A stretch of DNA of 64,000 bases from Podarcis gaigeae (taxonomy: Eukaryota): the NCBI GenBank assembly GCA_964106915.2, contig OZ066920.1; one strand, 5' to 3'. A program made the position numbers and the translations under genes. Below are positions 47,154 through 59,211 of the stretch, piece after piece (positions within the stretch are counted from its first letter, which is position 1; every line of letters begins with the position of its first letter). The notes under the pieces are model-generated. The model worked only from the letters and a program-made list of their open reading frames with translations, was not told the DNA's origin and did no database searches.

Positions 47154-49777
47154 CATGAGGGGCTGCAGGGTAACGGAATTCCTAAAAATTGTGTGCTTCC
47201 CCCATTATGTTGGTTGATTCCTTCTGTTGGTGGACAGAGATCATTGGTTACCACTCACTGATTATTTGTTTGGAATTGTTTCACAATACTTTTTTTTCCA
47301 ATTAATTGGAGTTTCATTAGTTTTTCTTTGTTGATTTGTCAAGGCATAACAGGTTTTATACTTCATATTAATGTGGTTGGTTAGATAGGAGGATGAATAG
47401 GGCATTCTAAACTCTGTTCAGTTTTGCGTTTGCTGGATTTTGCCTTTTAAAACAGCTAAAGTTGCATGAGCTGTTGCTAGCAAATGGCGTATTGTTACAT
47501 CACCCAAACAGAATGGGTTTCTGCTTTTGGACAACATATCTCTAAAGTTCCTGGCAGATGGCTATCGCAGGAGGTTAGGAAGGATTGAACAGTTTGACAA
47601 ACACAGCCTCGGAGAACCTCCTCTGGAATTCTAGAGAGGGTTTTCCAGCTAGACTTAGTCATCCCCCCCCCTCAAATGTCTTGGCATGGCTGATCACTTG
47701 AGGGTGACATATGGTAGGAACACGCTCTGAGGGACAAGCCTCCCGGATGGCAAACAGCACCATGCAAAACAGACAGATGGTGGCTTATTCAACCTTGGAA
47801 AGTCGTTTAATCCTACATACTGGCAAGGCCTGAGTGTAAAGAGAGACAGACACACAACCCTAATGGAATCTGAAGCAAAGATGTGATGAGTTCACTTACA
47901 AATTGCCTAGGACTGAGACTGCAGTAGAGTTGAACTGATATGGTTGTACACAAGGATTTGTGAACATACGAGTTCTGGTTGTTTTGAGCAACATCATAGA
48001 CTAAAGAACATCGAGCAAAGTCAGCACTTGTTCTTTCAGCTAAAATTAAAATGGCATATTTGAAAAGCCACTGATGATTTGAATTGTTCACTTGGTTGAA
48101 ACTTTGCTTAGGAGAAGTACCTGCTTCTCTTCAGGATTCTGATTACATTTTAAAAGTGAAGTATTCAGGTCTCATTTTCTCTGTCACAAACCATCAGGTT
48201 TATAAACACCCCCCCAACCACATTTATATTGCATTTATTTGCATAATACATACAAAGAAAATGGTGACATACAATATTTTGCTGGCTAACAATAGAGACC
48301 AACAAACTAAACAGTGGTAATCCATCAAAAATCCAGTTTGTTTTTTTAAAAAATAGTAATATGTTGGGTTTTTTAATGTAAATTTTAAAGTCATAAAACC
48401 TCATATTTAGGTTCCAACTCAACTAAATCGTGCACTGGCAGGAGCCAACACAATGACTCCTGCTAGTGCAACAGCGCTTTCCTTCCTCTCTGCCTCTCAT
48501 GCCCTCCTCCAAAACATCTCTTGGGGGTTGGGAGAAGTCCCAGAACAGCACATGGAGGTGAGGCACATTGTTCCATCTGGGAAGCAGAAATGCTAATGGA
48601 ACGATTGTATTAGCACGATGCTGAATTCCATCCTTAAAAACCTTACCAATAGTGAGAAAGTGTTAACCTTTTTATGATTATTGGAGCGATATTTTATAGA
48701 ACAGAGTCCTTCTGTGTAGAAAGTCCTTCTAAAGAATGTCCAGCTTCTGAGTTGTCTTGAAAATGCATAATAATTACTCTTCTGATCACTGCAATAGTTG
48801 GTCAAGAGTTTGGAAATATTCGTGGCTGAGATTTCTTCTCTGTGTTTCCTTCTCAGAATATTTGCCATCACATGCTTGGTTCCAGAGTGCTCATATCCAC
48901 TTGAACTGGTTTCAAAGGGATACTGTGATTCTCCAATGTCTGCCTTGGTAAGTAGAGCTGTGTGTGGTGTATCCACAGTCAACCTCCCACCTGATACAGA
49001 GACTCTTAAGTTTTGTTTTGAGTAGCTCTGTCATTTTTGATTGTTTTCCCCATCTTCTCCAACACTCTTACCCAACTTGGTGCCATCCAAATGTTTTGGA
49101 CTACTATGCTGACTGGGGCTGATGGATGCAATAGCCCAAAACAGCTGTAGGGGAAGGTTGGTGGACACCAGACAGATGTCAATTCTCCCAAAACACCTCA
49201 AGATCAATAGTTTGAAAGGGTTTGCAAAGATTTTAAAATGTGGCTATTAGAATGATAATAAACATAGTCTTTCTTACAATGAAAACTGAAATTAAAAATT
49301 AAAGTGACCGATCAATATGCACATGCTGCGTCTTTCATTTTGTAGGCAATAGAAAAGGTTTTCATTTTGTAGACAGGCTAGACACAGCCTCCTCGTAGAG
49401 ATTGTTTTTCAAAAAAGGCATATATTTCCTTGCCTGCATTCCTCTAGATACGAATAGCTAAGAGGTGCAGCACTTAGGAGAGGAGCCAGCTGTTTGCAGA
49501 AATGTCTTCTCTGCCTACAAAAGAGAGAGAAAGTTTCATGGCTCCTAGAAAAACTGACACAATTGTGTTTTCTCAGACATTTCTGCTGAAACAGCGAAGT
49601 CTACGTCAAACATATGTATCACCAATGATTCCTTCTCACCCCCAATATCAGCCAAGGACAATGGGAACACAAGTCAAACCGTACATTTTTATATGCTAAA
49701 TAAAGTCCAAAAGGTGGCCATAGGCATGTGAACTATTTGTCCTTTCAATACAAGTTCATATACTCTTCTCTATAAAG

Positions 49778-49915
49778 CAGGTGTGGGAAACCTTTGGCTT
49801 TCCAGATGTTGCTAAACTGCAGCTCCCATCACCCCTGGCAATTCTCTATGCTTGCTAGGGCAGATGGGCATTGTAGTTCAACAACATCTGAATGGCCAAA
49901 GGTTCTCCACTGCTG
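49778..49915. mobile_element. hAT-type palindromic MITE
   Basis: caggtgtgggaaacctttggc..ccagatgttg ... caacatctgaatggccaaaggttctccactgctg; flanks ctataaag / tcataaag. Confidence 0.8.
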
Positions 49916-50421
49916 TCATAAAGCAGGAGGTATTGTTGGGGGTATTGCCTGTCTCATGTTATTTTTATCTATACTACATAGCAGGGGAGGGTAACTTGTT
50001 CTGGGTAGCTGGCCAGATCTTTCCCAACCACTGTGGATGAAATCTGACCAATGGGAGGGTCTGCTTGCCTCACATCAGGTGACCTGTCTTTACTCACACT
50101 TTCTGAAATGAAACCGTGTGGGTGAAGGCACATCCCACAAAGCAGTGACAACTGGCTGATCTTCAGCTGATTGTTTGTGATTTGCAAATTGCTAAGCACA
50201 GCACTACTTGACCACTATCAGTTGTCATAATAAGGCAGGTGAGTGTGATTTGGCCTAAATGGCCGAGCAGCCTGGGTTCTCCACTGCTCCCATATTGTGT
50301 GAGGGTTGCTGGCTGACCATCTCTTTTGCAGGTTGATTCCTGGCTAATAGTCCAGAATGATCAGTTGATGTTTTATCAAAGGGAGCTAACAATGGGAAAT
50401 GCTCCCCTGGTACCCATGAGT

Positions 50422-50424
<3 letters not shown>

Positions 50425-50470
<46 letters not shown>
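50425..50470 (+). repeat. (CT)n microsatellite
   Basis: Seen directly. Confidence 0.95.
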
Positions 50471-50475
<5 letters not shown>

Positions 50476-51139
50476 ATGTGATGCTGTCAGAGCTTGGGGA
50501 AGGTAACATAGTGCAACACCCTCAAGCTTTGCTAGAAATTAGAGAAAAACAGTTAAAAGTTGTTTTACCACTCAGATTTGGAGACAATGAGAGAGCTGAG
50601 AGTTTTCTACTTCAGGTTTAGCTGGAAATTAGGGTGCAAGTTTGTGGAACTGCAGAAGTTGCACTGTAGAATCTGATGCAGGTTGTGTTGTCTGCTTGCA
50701 GAAATGTCTTTTCCTTCTTTTGCTCTGCTTTTACAAGTAAAGTAGATATGAGGAAGGCACCATAAGCCTCCAGTGCTCTTTTAATCAATGGCAGAGCCAG
50801 TATGGTATAGGGAACACAGAAGAAGCACCAAATTTGGTACTGAGCGCACAAGAATTCTGAGAACCACAGAACCACTAAAGAGGTCATCCAGGAAAAGTAA
50901 ATCAAGCCCCATGTCACATTCTTGAACTAGGATCCCTGAACTGCAGAGTTGCACTGGCACTACAGGACTGAAAATAATTTCCTTATCCTGATCCCAGTCC
51001 TAATTTGGGGGAGAGAAGATTCCAGTGCAGCCCACAGACCTTTCCTGGCAAGCACATGCTGCCATTGGCTTGGATCCCAGGTTGCTCTGCTATTCATGCA
51101 GGGGCAGTGATTGCCACTCACACTGCAACCCCTCTTCAT

Positions 51140-51220
51140 ACCGAGGCTGATTCTGTCCCAAACCCAGGCCTGAATTGACTGAAATGGGTCGAGATAATGT
51201 GTTCCCTCCAAAACAGTCTT
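51140..51220 (-). mobile_element. L2 ORF2 fragment
   Basis: Minus strand LEGTHYLDPFQS then frameshifted caggcctgggtttgggacagaa, matching the L2 motif DYLDPFQSGFRPGFGTE. Confidence 0.7.
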
Positions 51221-51269
51221 ATAATCCAATATATATTCATCTTAATAATAGCAGTTTCCCAAGGATCCT

Positions 51270-51389
51270 GGGTGGTATTCAGTGTTAGTCCTACTCAGAG
51301 TAGACCCATTAAAGCTAATAAACATGACTAACATAGATTCATTAATTTCAGTGGGTTTACTCTGAGAAGCACTTAGCTGAATACAACCC
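51270..51389. mobile_element. Palindromic MITE-like repeat (family of 2899-2998)
   Basis: gggtggtattcag..ctcagagtagacccatt ... agtgggtttactctgag..ctgaatacaaccc inverted arms. Confidence 0.7.
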
Positions 51390-52331
51390 ACGGTCTCCAA
51401 CTTAAAACAGAAAAACCAAATCAAATGTTTTGAGGCAAACCCCATTTTCAATAAAGCAGACAATATTCTACTCATTTCAAAGGATGGGTTGGGGAGAATA
51501 AATTCTAGGGATGTTTCCAACATATTTCTTGAAAATACATCATCTCTTCTGTCTCTGAACGTCCTTAATTTTGTTAAAAAATAACACTTTAAGCTTTTGG
51601 GCAGTTCTTCCTAAGAACCAGCATCTTACTGTTATTTTTCTTAGCATATCCTTTCATTATTAAAAGCTTGGTTCTGCAGCTGTCTTGCATACAGATCCTC
51701 CCTTTGAAGTCCCAATAGCTTCCAGCGCTGAGTGGACTGCAGACTTTGCCTCTGTGTGTTTTGGTTATGTAACAGATTAGATCACTATGAGCATAGTCGG
51801 ATGATCTCAACAGAATGGAAATGAGGGATTTGAGCAGGAGAAAGAACGAGATACAGCGTTTGTTTTAGTTTTATTTAAAAATGATTGCTACCCAAGATAG
51901 CAGCATGCCGTTGAACGCGAAAGTAACCACACCATAGCAAATGCTACCTTCCTTTCATTTTTATATTAGAAAAATGTTTCCCATGTGGCAAATAATAGGA
52001 TTATTGGGAGTCAATCAAAGCAACACAAGGGACTAATGAAAGAAGAGGGGGGAAGATACATGGCTTTCTAAACATCATCAGAAATCTGTAGGTCTCTTTA
52101 GTTAAATATTTGGGAATGGCTGTCTAGTAAATTATTTGGTTAGCCACATAAATAAAACGTTATCTCATCTATATTTTCCTCATCCCTCTGAGTAAAATTC
52201 ATGCCACATCCAATTTGGATACAAATATATAGTCTGATAATTTGTCAATAGCTAACATGTGCTGTGGAAGTTAAAGGTCAAGGCAGTGCAACATACACTC
52301 TTAAAAATGCCACTTCTACAGGAGACTAAGG

Positions 52332-52393
52332 GGCTGGTTAGCACAGTTGGTTAGAGCGTGGCACTAATAATGCCAAGATCCCTGTATGGGCCA
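52332..52393 (+). pseudogene. tRNA-Ile(AAT)-derived pseudogene / truncated SINE head
   Basis: ggctggttagcacagttggttagagcgtggcactAATaatgccaa|gatccctgtatgggcca follows tRNA-Ile-AAT with ~12 nt of variable loop/T arm (incl. most of B box) deleted; flanked by acttctacaggaga (52312-25) / acttcgtacaggaga (52402-16). Confidence 0.8.
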
Positions 52394-54057
52394 TTGTACA
52401 TACTTCGTACAGGAGATGAAACGAGTTTCAAGCACAACCTGCAAAGTTAAATGTGGGTAGTTTCCGTATCTGTCATATTTTTTTCATATTCAGTATGCCT
52501 TAGTAGGCAAGTACTTTTTGACTATAAAAGAATAGTGGTGTGTGTGTGTGTTTTATTTTTTTTTAAAAAAACCCTCATTACATTTATATATGTTGACAGT
52601 GATCATTGTGCTAATTATGTTTATAAAGTTGGGGTCCAAGTCCAGTTGGCTCCTCTGCTACAGTAGGATACTTTTCCATTCTTACCCCTGCTGAGTTTTA
52701 GTATCTGGTAGCTGTTTCCATTTCACATAGCAAGCAAGTGGCATAATAGTATGCTGATTGTGCTGAATAATGGAAATGTATTCCCCATAGGATAAGTGAC
52801 TTTGTGGCATACTACAGATGTAGCACTAAACTGTGACCCCCATCTGCACTCTACATTTTAAAGCAGCATCGTACCACTTTAAACAGTCAAAGCAGTGCAA
52901 GGTGGTAGCACACAAGCATGAGACTTATGTATGTATTACCAACCTAAACCATAGCTTTGTATTACATCCATACCAGGCCTGTGTTTGTGCCAGCATGTGT
53001 ATCTGCAAGAAATTATTGTCCTCATCAGAAAATAAAAAAGTGCAAGTTAGGAAGACACCCTTTTCTAAAGCACAGTTCAGTCCTGCTTTACCTTTTGCTA
53101 CCTCTTATTGTGCTTGCGCAGAGATCTCAACAACATGCCCTTTTAAAATCTGCTTTTGGTTTTTCTTGGAGAGGTGTCATTTTTCGCTTCAAGAAGCTGA
53201 AAGTTCATCATGCGACTCAACAGATCAGTAAATGAAGTTCTCGAGTGTTACACACATGCAGTGCACACTTCAGACAAGCAGCTATCTTCTCCACTTCTGA
53301 TAGCATTCAACTGAAATCTCAATTTTCATAATGTTTTAATGAAGAATGAAAAGTTGCCTTAATGTGGATGAGTAAGCCATTCCTCAAGTCATCAAAGAAG
53401 AAGGGGAAAATAATAATTAGAAGTCATGCCTGAAAGACTATCTGGTGTAGTTTAATGGCAGGTTGGCATTTTCTTCCCGCCCCTCAAATCATGCCAGGGG
53501 AAAATTGCTGATGAGTCATGATATGCTGTAAGTGCTGCAATGAGGGGGGCATGTCAGAGTATGATTCATAAATAATTGCTGGTAGGGATGAAAAAGTCGA
53601 CCAATATCCTATAAAACAGGGAGACCTGTCACAAAAGCTTAATCTACCTATAGTCAGGGGATAAATTAATGACCAGTATGGATGTCACTTTAATTTTGCT
53701 CCTGCAACGTGTGTACCACAATGCAGTTACATTGGGTACTTCCAAAACAATTTAACAGGAATTCAGTACTGAACTGTCTGGGGCTTTGTTGCTTAATAAG
53801 ATGAATCTCAAACTTTTTTTTTGTAATTATGCTGAACAGCAGTTAGTAACTTTGCAGGCTTACTCATTTGCAACTAATGATTTCATTTAATAAAATATAG
53901 TAAATCTAGACAACAACCAGGACATTTTGCTAGCATTTCCTATGCCACAATTTGGAAGTGTGTATAAGCAAAGCAAACTTTATAGTCTGCAAACTATGCA
54001 AGGCAAAGAACAATAGCGAGTCTCCACAAATCAAAATAAATTCTGTTTGAATTAAGG

Positions 54058-54200
54058 CTTTCAAAAAGCATTTGACAAAATCCCTCTCATCGAAGGCTCT
54101 TGAGTAGACTTGGCAGACATGGGATGACAGCTCTTCCTATGAATCAATAACTGATTAAGAAAAGGAAGCAGAGAATAGGAATATCTGGACTGTTCTCAGT
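54058..54200 (+). mobile_element. CR1 reverse-transcriptase fragment
   Basis: FQKAFDKIP..RLLSRLGRHG..RKQRIGISG.FS, a CR1 RT motif. Confidence 0.75.
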
Positions 54201-54226
54201 TAAGTCACAGTGTAAGTTATCCTGAA

Positions 54227-54386
54227 CATAGGTGCGAACTCCCTTGGAACCGTGGGTGCTTGAGCACCCACAAAATCCCCCATGAAGGGGCTGGGCACCC
54301 ACAAATTTAGCTGCCATGGCCATGAACGCTGCATGGCACCCATAGCCCCGGGCACCCACAGTTGTGGGGCCAAGCTGGCACTCCTG
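54227..54386. mobile_element. hAT MITE with subterminal GCACCCA repeats
   Basis: Perfect 8-bp TSD ATCCTGAA at 54219-26 and 54387-94; imperfect TIRs CATAGGTGCGAACT / AGCTGGCACTCCTG; four gcaccca(ca) motifs. Confidence 0.8.
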
Positions 54387-54405
54387 ATCCTGAATATGTA
54401 GTATA

Positions 54406-54781
54406 GCGGGTGGTGCTGTGGTCTAAACCACTGAGCCTCTTGGGCTTGCTGATTGGAAGGTTGGTGGTTCAAATCCCCGTGACGGGGTGAGCTCCTGTTG
54501 CTCTGTCCCAGCTTCTGCCAACCTTGCATTTCAAAAGCATGCCAGTGCAAGTAGATAAATAGGTATGGTGGGAAGGTAAACAGCATTTCTGTGCGCTCTG
54601 GTACTTGTCACGGTCCTCCGTACGCCAGTGGCGGTTTAGTCATACTGGCCACATGACCCGGAAAGCTGTCTGTGGACAAACGCCGGCTTCCTTGGCCTGA
54701 AAGCGAGATGAGTGCTTCAACCCCATAGTCACCTTTGAATGGACTTAACTGTCCAGGGGTCCTTTACCTTTTTACCTTTTT
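54406..54781 (+). mobile_element. Sauria SINE (older, CpG-decayed)
   Basis: gcgggtggtgctgtggtctaaaccactgagcc head, gtgcaagtagataaataggta body, cctttacctttttacctttt tail. Confidence 0.92.
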
Positions 54782-55391
54782 ATTGTTGGAAGAACATAAA
54801 AAGTATCTTGCTATATTAGACCAAGACTCCTCTATACCCATTCCCTTCTGATTTTGATCCACATCTCTTTCCTGCTTTCTATTAACTGGATTCTAGGAAA
54901 GGGGTGGCCACCAAGCAATTTCAAATGGCCCTGGAAGATTTCAACAGTTTGGTGACAGTGGTGCCCTTTTTTATTTTTAATGTATAGGTCCACTTTGTGT
55001 ATACAGTGCATTAGAGCAGCAGGTGAATAAGATCTTCCTCACCTTGCCTTGTTTCAAGGCATTCTATGGGGCTTTTCATACAGTTCCAATGGAGCTGCTG
55101 CTTCCAGATCACTAAGCAATGATCAGCAGCTCTCGGGTATCATTGGAGGTTTCTGATGTTAACCTGAGTACCAGTGATAAATCCTATGGAAGCAGAGCTT
55201 CTATTGGTAACCACAGGAGAAACCCCATGGACCACCTTGAAGCAATAAGCCAGGGAAGAAAAATTGACTTTGCTGGAAGCTGCTACTTCAAAGGGCCCTG
55301 CGGCAGCAGTTCCCAAGGCCTTCCCTCATCCCTGCCATCAAGAAAGGTAAAAGGCAAGGGAAGCTGCCTGCAGTTGAATGTGCCTGCTATA

Positions 55392-55417
55392 TACACGATC
55401 TACACGATCTACACGAT
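55392..55417 (+). repeat. 9-bp tandem repeat (TACACGATC)x3
   Basis: tacacgatctacacgatctacacgat. Confidence 0.85.
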
Positions 55418-56445
55418 TGTGCAAACCTCTTTGTGTGTTGTGAAAGAAAGGGAGGGAGAGAGAGAGAGAGATTGTCCGCGGCAACTTTGGCAACACCCAT
55501 ATTTTGACCATACTCACTGTACATTGTAGTCTCTTGAGGTTACAATGGGGCAATGTGGTCCTCTGGCTGAAAAGGTTTCTAGGGAATGCAGAATGCAGAG
55601 TCATGATTCAAGTTTTCTCTTTCACCCAGCAAGAGTTTCCCAACTCTTGGCTCATTGTCGACCCAAATATGACAAATATTGCGAATCTAGTAATCTAATA
55701 GCTTCTACCTTCATTTGGCCTTAATGTGGAGGTGTTTTTTTAATGTCAGGAGGAGGCTTGATTAATTTATCTGGGTTTGATATGGGAAACATTTAAAACA
55801 GTAAAATAAGTTTGGTAGTCCGTTCATTTTTATTGCAGCTCCCTTTGCAGCAATTTACCTCATGGAGCAGAATGACAAACTCAGAATTATTTCCAGATAC
55901 TTAATTTACTGTGGAATTACTTAATGCCTGTGTTTTTAAAAATACATTCAAACCAATTATAGGCAGATATTTAGTTATATTCAGTATATTTATTTACATG
56001 AACACATTACCTGCGCTTTAGCTTTGTATGCAAGTTTTACCTTTTCATTCCATGTATTTTTGTATTAGGTGGTTTTAATATTTTACTTGCAAACCACACA
56101 GATAACTTTAAAAAACAAAAACAAAACAAAACTGGGTATTGAAAGTAAATGCATAAAACATACTTCCGCCGTAAACAAATCGGAAACTCTTATCTTGGGT
56201 GGATTGATTTTAAATTGTTTTTTAAGTTACAAAGAGTTAAATATGCGTGCTGAAATTTAGCAGCACTGCAGATACTTCTGACAACAGTGGCTATAACCTA
56301 CTAGATGTCCTCTGTATAAGCACCAATGTGACTTTGGGGACTGCTGAGACTCAGTCTGTTGCGACTGGCATCAGTTGCCACAGGCAAGTAATCACAAGAA
56401 ACTGACCTTGGCGAAAGCACATTTTACACTTCAGTGCTGTTCGAC

Positions 56446-56461
56446 TGTGTGTGTGTGTGTT

Positions 56462-56494
<33 letters not shown>
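56446..56494 (+). repeat. Compound (GT)n(GA)n microsatellite
   Basis: Seen directly. Confidence 0.93.
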
Positions 56495-56496
<2 letters not shown>

Positions 56497-57524
56497 AATA
56501 TGAATAAAAAGAAGGCAAAAGGATTATCACGATTTTCAGAAATTTCAGAGGTACAGTATATGCACAAATATAGACTAAACCTCTGGATGCCCAATTTTAT
56601 TTCAATTTAATTTCTATGTCAATTGTCCTGGAAATACGTATCAAAAAGTGCTATATGAAATAACTATATATTTTTAAACAGAAAAACATGAGTGGCTGCT
56701 TTTAAAATATACCTCTCAAGGAGTGTGCAAAACAACTAACCGAGCGTCTTTCTATTCCTCACTGTGCATTGTTACCAGAAATAACAAATTCAAAAACAAT
56801 ATGTATGATTTTTTTAAAAAGACCTTTTATAATGTAATTTTAAAATGCCTTCATTGTGGTCCCAGTTTAAACTTTTTGCTGCAACTATGAATACTGTGCA
56901 CTATGATGGTGTCTTTTGCACTGCAACATGTGCTCAGTTGCCACTAATTAAGAACTTGATGGAGAACTTTATCACAACCCCTGATGCAAAAGGCACACAT
57001 TTTCTCTGTGTTCTTTTCAACTTGCATATACAATGGCTTGAGGCCTTGAACTGCACAGTTTGTCAAGCCAGAAACAATGTTTTTCAGGGACATTGATGAC
57101 CTAGGGCAGATAAGCTGACAGGCACTGTGCCGGAGGCACAACCTGCAGAATTTAGACTGCCATGTGGTAACTTATAAGATACCTTTTACAGTTTTCAACA
57201 CTGGATGGCTCAAGTAAAAAACCCAGTTTACTTTATACTTCAGATGCATGTTTGTTTCTTAGAAATATTATTTAAGATTATGAACAACTTAATTATCCCA
57301 GTGTCCAAGACGCAGGCAGGTTTGCATACCCTCCAACATGTTGCCCAGAAAACTTAGACACACATCTTTTGGGACACACTCCTGCACAGGTCATGTGATG
57401 TGACCCATGAGAGATTGTGCCCCAAAACATCTTTCAGGCCGTGGTGCCCAAAACCACACATTTTGGGCACCGTGCTCTGGAGAACACAGCCCCCCAAAAT
57501 AAGATGTCCCGATTTAATTGGGGC

Positions 57525-57996
57525 ATTCAGAGATTACCTGTTTGTCTCCAGGCCCAGTTCAAAGCACTGAGGATGACCTTTATAAATAGCATCGGTCCAG
57601 GAAACCTCAGGGGCTGCCTTCTTCCTACCAGCCTTCCTGCTCCAAAAGATTTGACAGAAGCTTGTTTCTTTGTCTTCTTGATGGTGCAGGCTTGGCTGAT
57701 AAGAGCTAAGGAAAAGACCTCCTTTGTGGCTTCACCCAATTTACAGAACTCTTTGATTCCCCAGTGGTGTTTTACTGTATAACAAAAACATTTTAGTTTA
57801 GGTAGATGTTTTATCAGCTAGGCATGTTTTTATCCAATGCTTTTCTTATAGACTCACTGCTGCACTTTATATATACCATTGTATTTTATGGTTGCTTTGA
57901 ATTCTTGATAGCCACTCTGAGTGGTGCATAGGCAGGATATACCCATTCTAAACAAACAAACAAACAAACAAACAAACAAACAAACAAACAAATAAA
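57525..57996 (+). mobile_element. Old L2 LINE 3' end with (AAAC)n tail
   Basis: LPVCLQAQFKALRMTF..GPGNLRGCLLP..SFVASPNLQNSL resembles L2 HWLPV.FR.QFK..GPGYL..LWNSL; T-rich UTR; (AAAC)n at 57948-57990. Confidence 0.75.
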
Positions 57997-59042
57997 TCTC
58001 ATGAGTGAAAATTAGCTTTTTAGCAGGGAAGAGGCAGAGACTGAACTCACTTGCCCTCCTACATGCTGATTTTAGGCATTTTAAGAAGAGCTTTTGCATA
58101 TGCAACCCTGGCTGCTGGATTAGGGAAACCTGTGTGCAGTGCCTATTTACATGTACAATACCCAATTCAGCTAAGGATATACACTGGAAGCCTGCTTCCA
58201 CATTCAAATTTCCCCCAGCTGGATCGAAGCAGACCAAAGCCATGTTTCAATTCCTGAAACTCTCCACCCATGCAAATTGGCTGATTTCAACCACATAGTT
58301 CCAAATTGTAATCACCACTGCTTGCTTCCAACTTAATGTGTTCAGGATTATGATGCAGGACAAAAAAGGTTCTGGAAGTTGGAACAATAGGTATAACCAA
58401 TTAGTAAGTCAAGTTGCCTTCCTACTGGCAAAGTATTGATCCTTAAGTGGATGCCTTAGTATATGCAAACAAATCATGTTTATTTAAATTTTCTATGCTG
58501 CCTTTCTGCCTTTCTCTTCAGCTATAATGTGGTTTCACTAATTCCCATTTCTCAATCATTTGGGAGAGAGAGAATTTCTGTTAGTAACTACAAGTGCCTC
58601 ACTTCTTTTTAAGACTTCATACTTTTCTCCATAGTTTATAAACTTTAATGAGTGGTCTTAAGAGTGTAGGAGGATGAATCTTACAAGCAAGCTGTTCATG
58701 TATATATTGTTAATACACGATGAGAACAGATTACTGAGAAGCAATTCAGATACCAACACAATAGTCTGCCTTGTCCTCAAAAGTGGTAATTTCTACAACA
58801 TTTTGATTCACCCGTTCCCCCCGCCCCTTACCAGATGCATGAATTACTCTTTTCAACAATATGTAGCATCTGCTAATGTTCTGTGTTGCTTTCACACTGT
58901 GGTACAATATCGAGACAGCAACCTTGAAATGTCTGATTCATTATTATCGCGGAGATGGAACAGGCACAGTTGCCCTGCTGTAGTCCTGGTCATTGTTCTT
59001 TGGCATACTTTGGAGAGGTGGTCCTCCACCTTGGGCTGTGCA

Positions 59043-59211
59043 CACACCATACTTTAAAGCACATTCCCCCTCCCAAAGAATCCTGGAAACTATAGTTTGT
59101 CAAGGGTGCTGGAAATAGTAGCTCTCAAAAGTAAACTACAGTAAACTTCCAGAATTCTTTTTTTGGGGGGGCGGGTGGGTTATGCTGAAAATGTGTTTTA
59201 AGTGAATGGTC
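59043..59211. mobile_element. Palindromic MITE-like repeat
   Basis: accatactttaaagcacatt..cccaaagaatcctggaaactatagttt ... aaactacag..ttccagaattctttt..ggg..aatgtgttttaagtgaatggt inverted arms. Confidence 0.65.

Noticed and set aside
53108-53140. TTGTGCTTG as miR-218
   Set aside because: The rest of the mature sequence and the hairpin are absent
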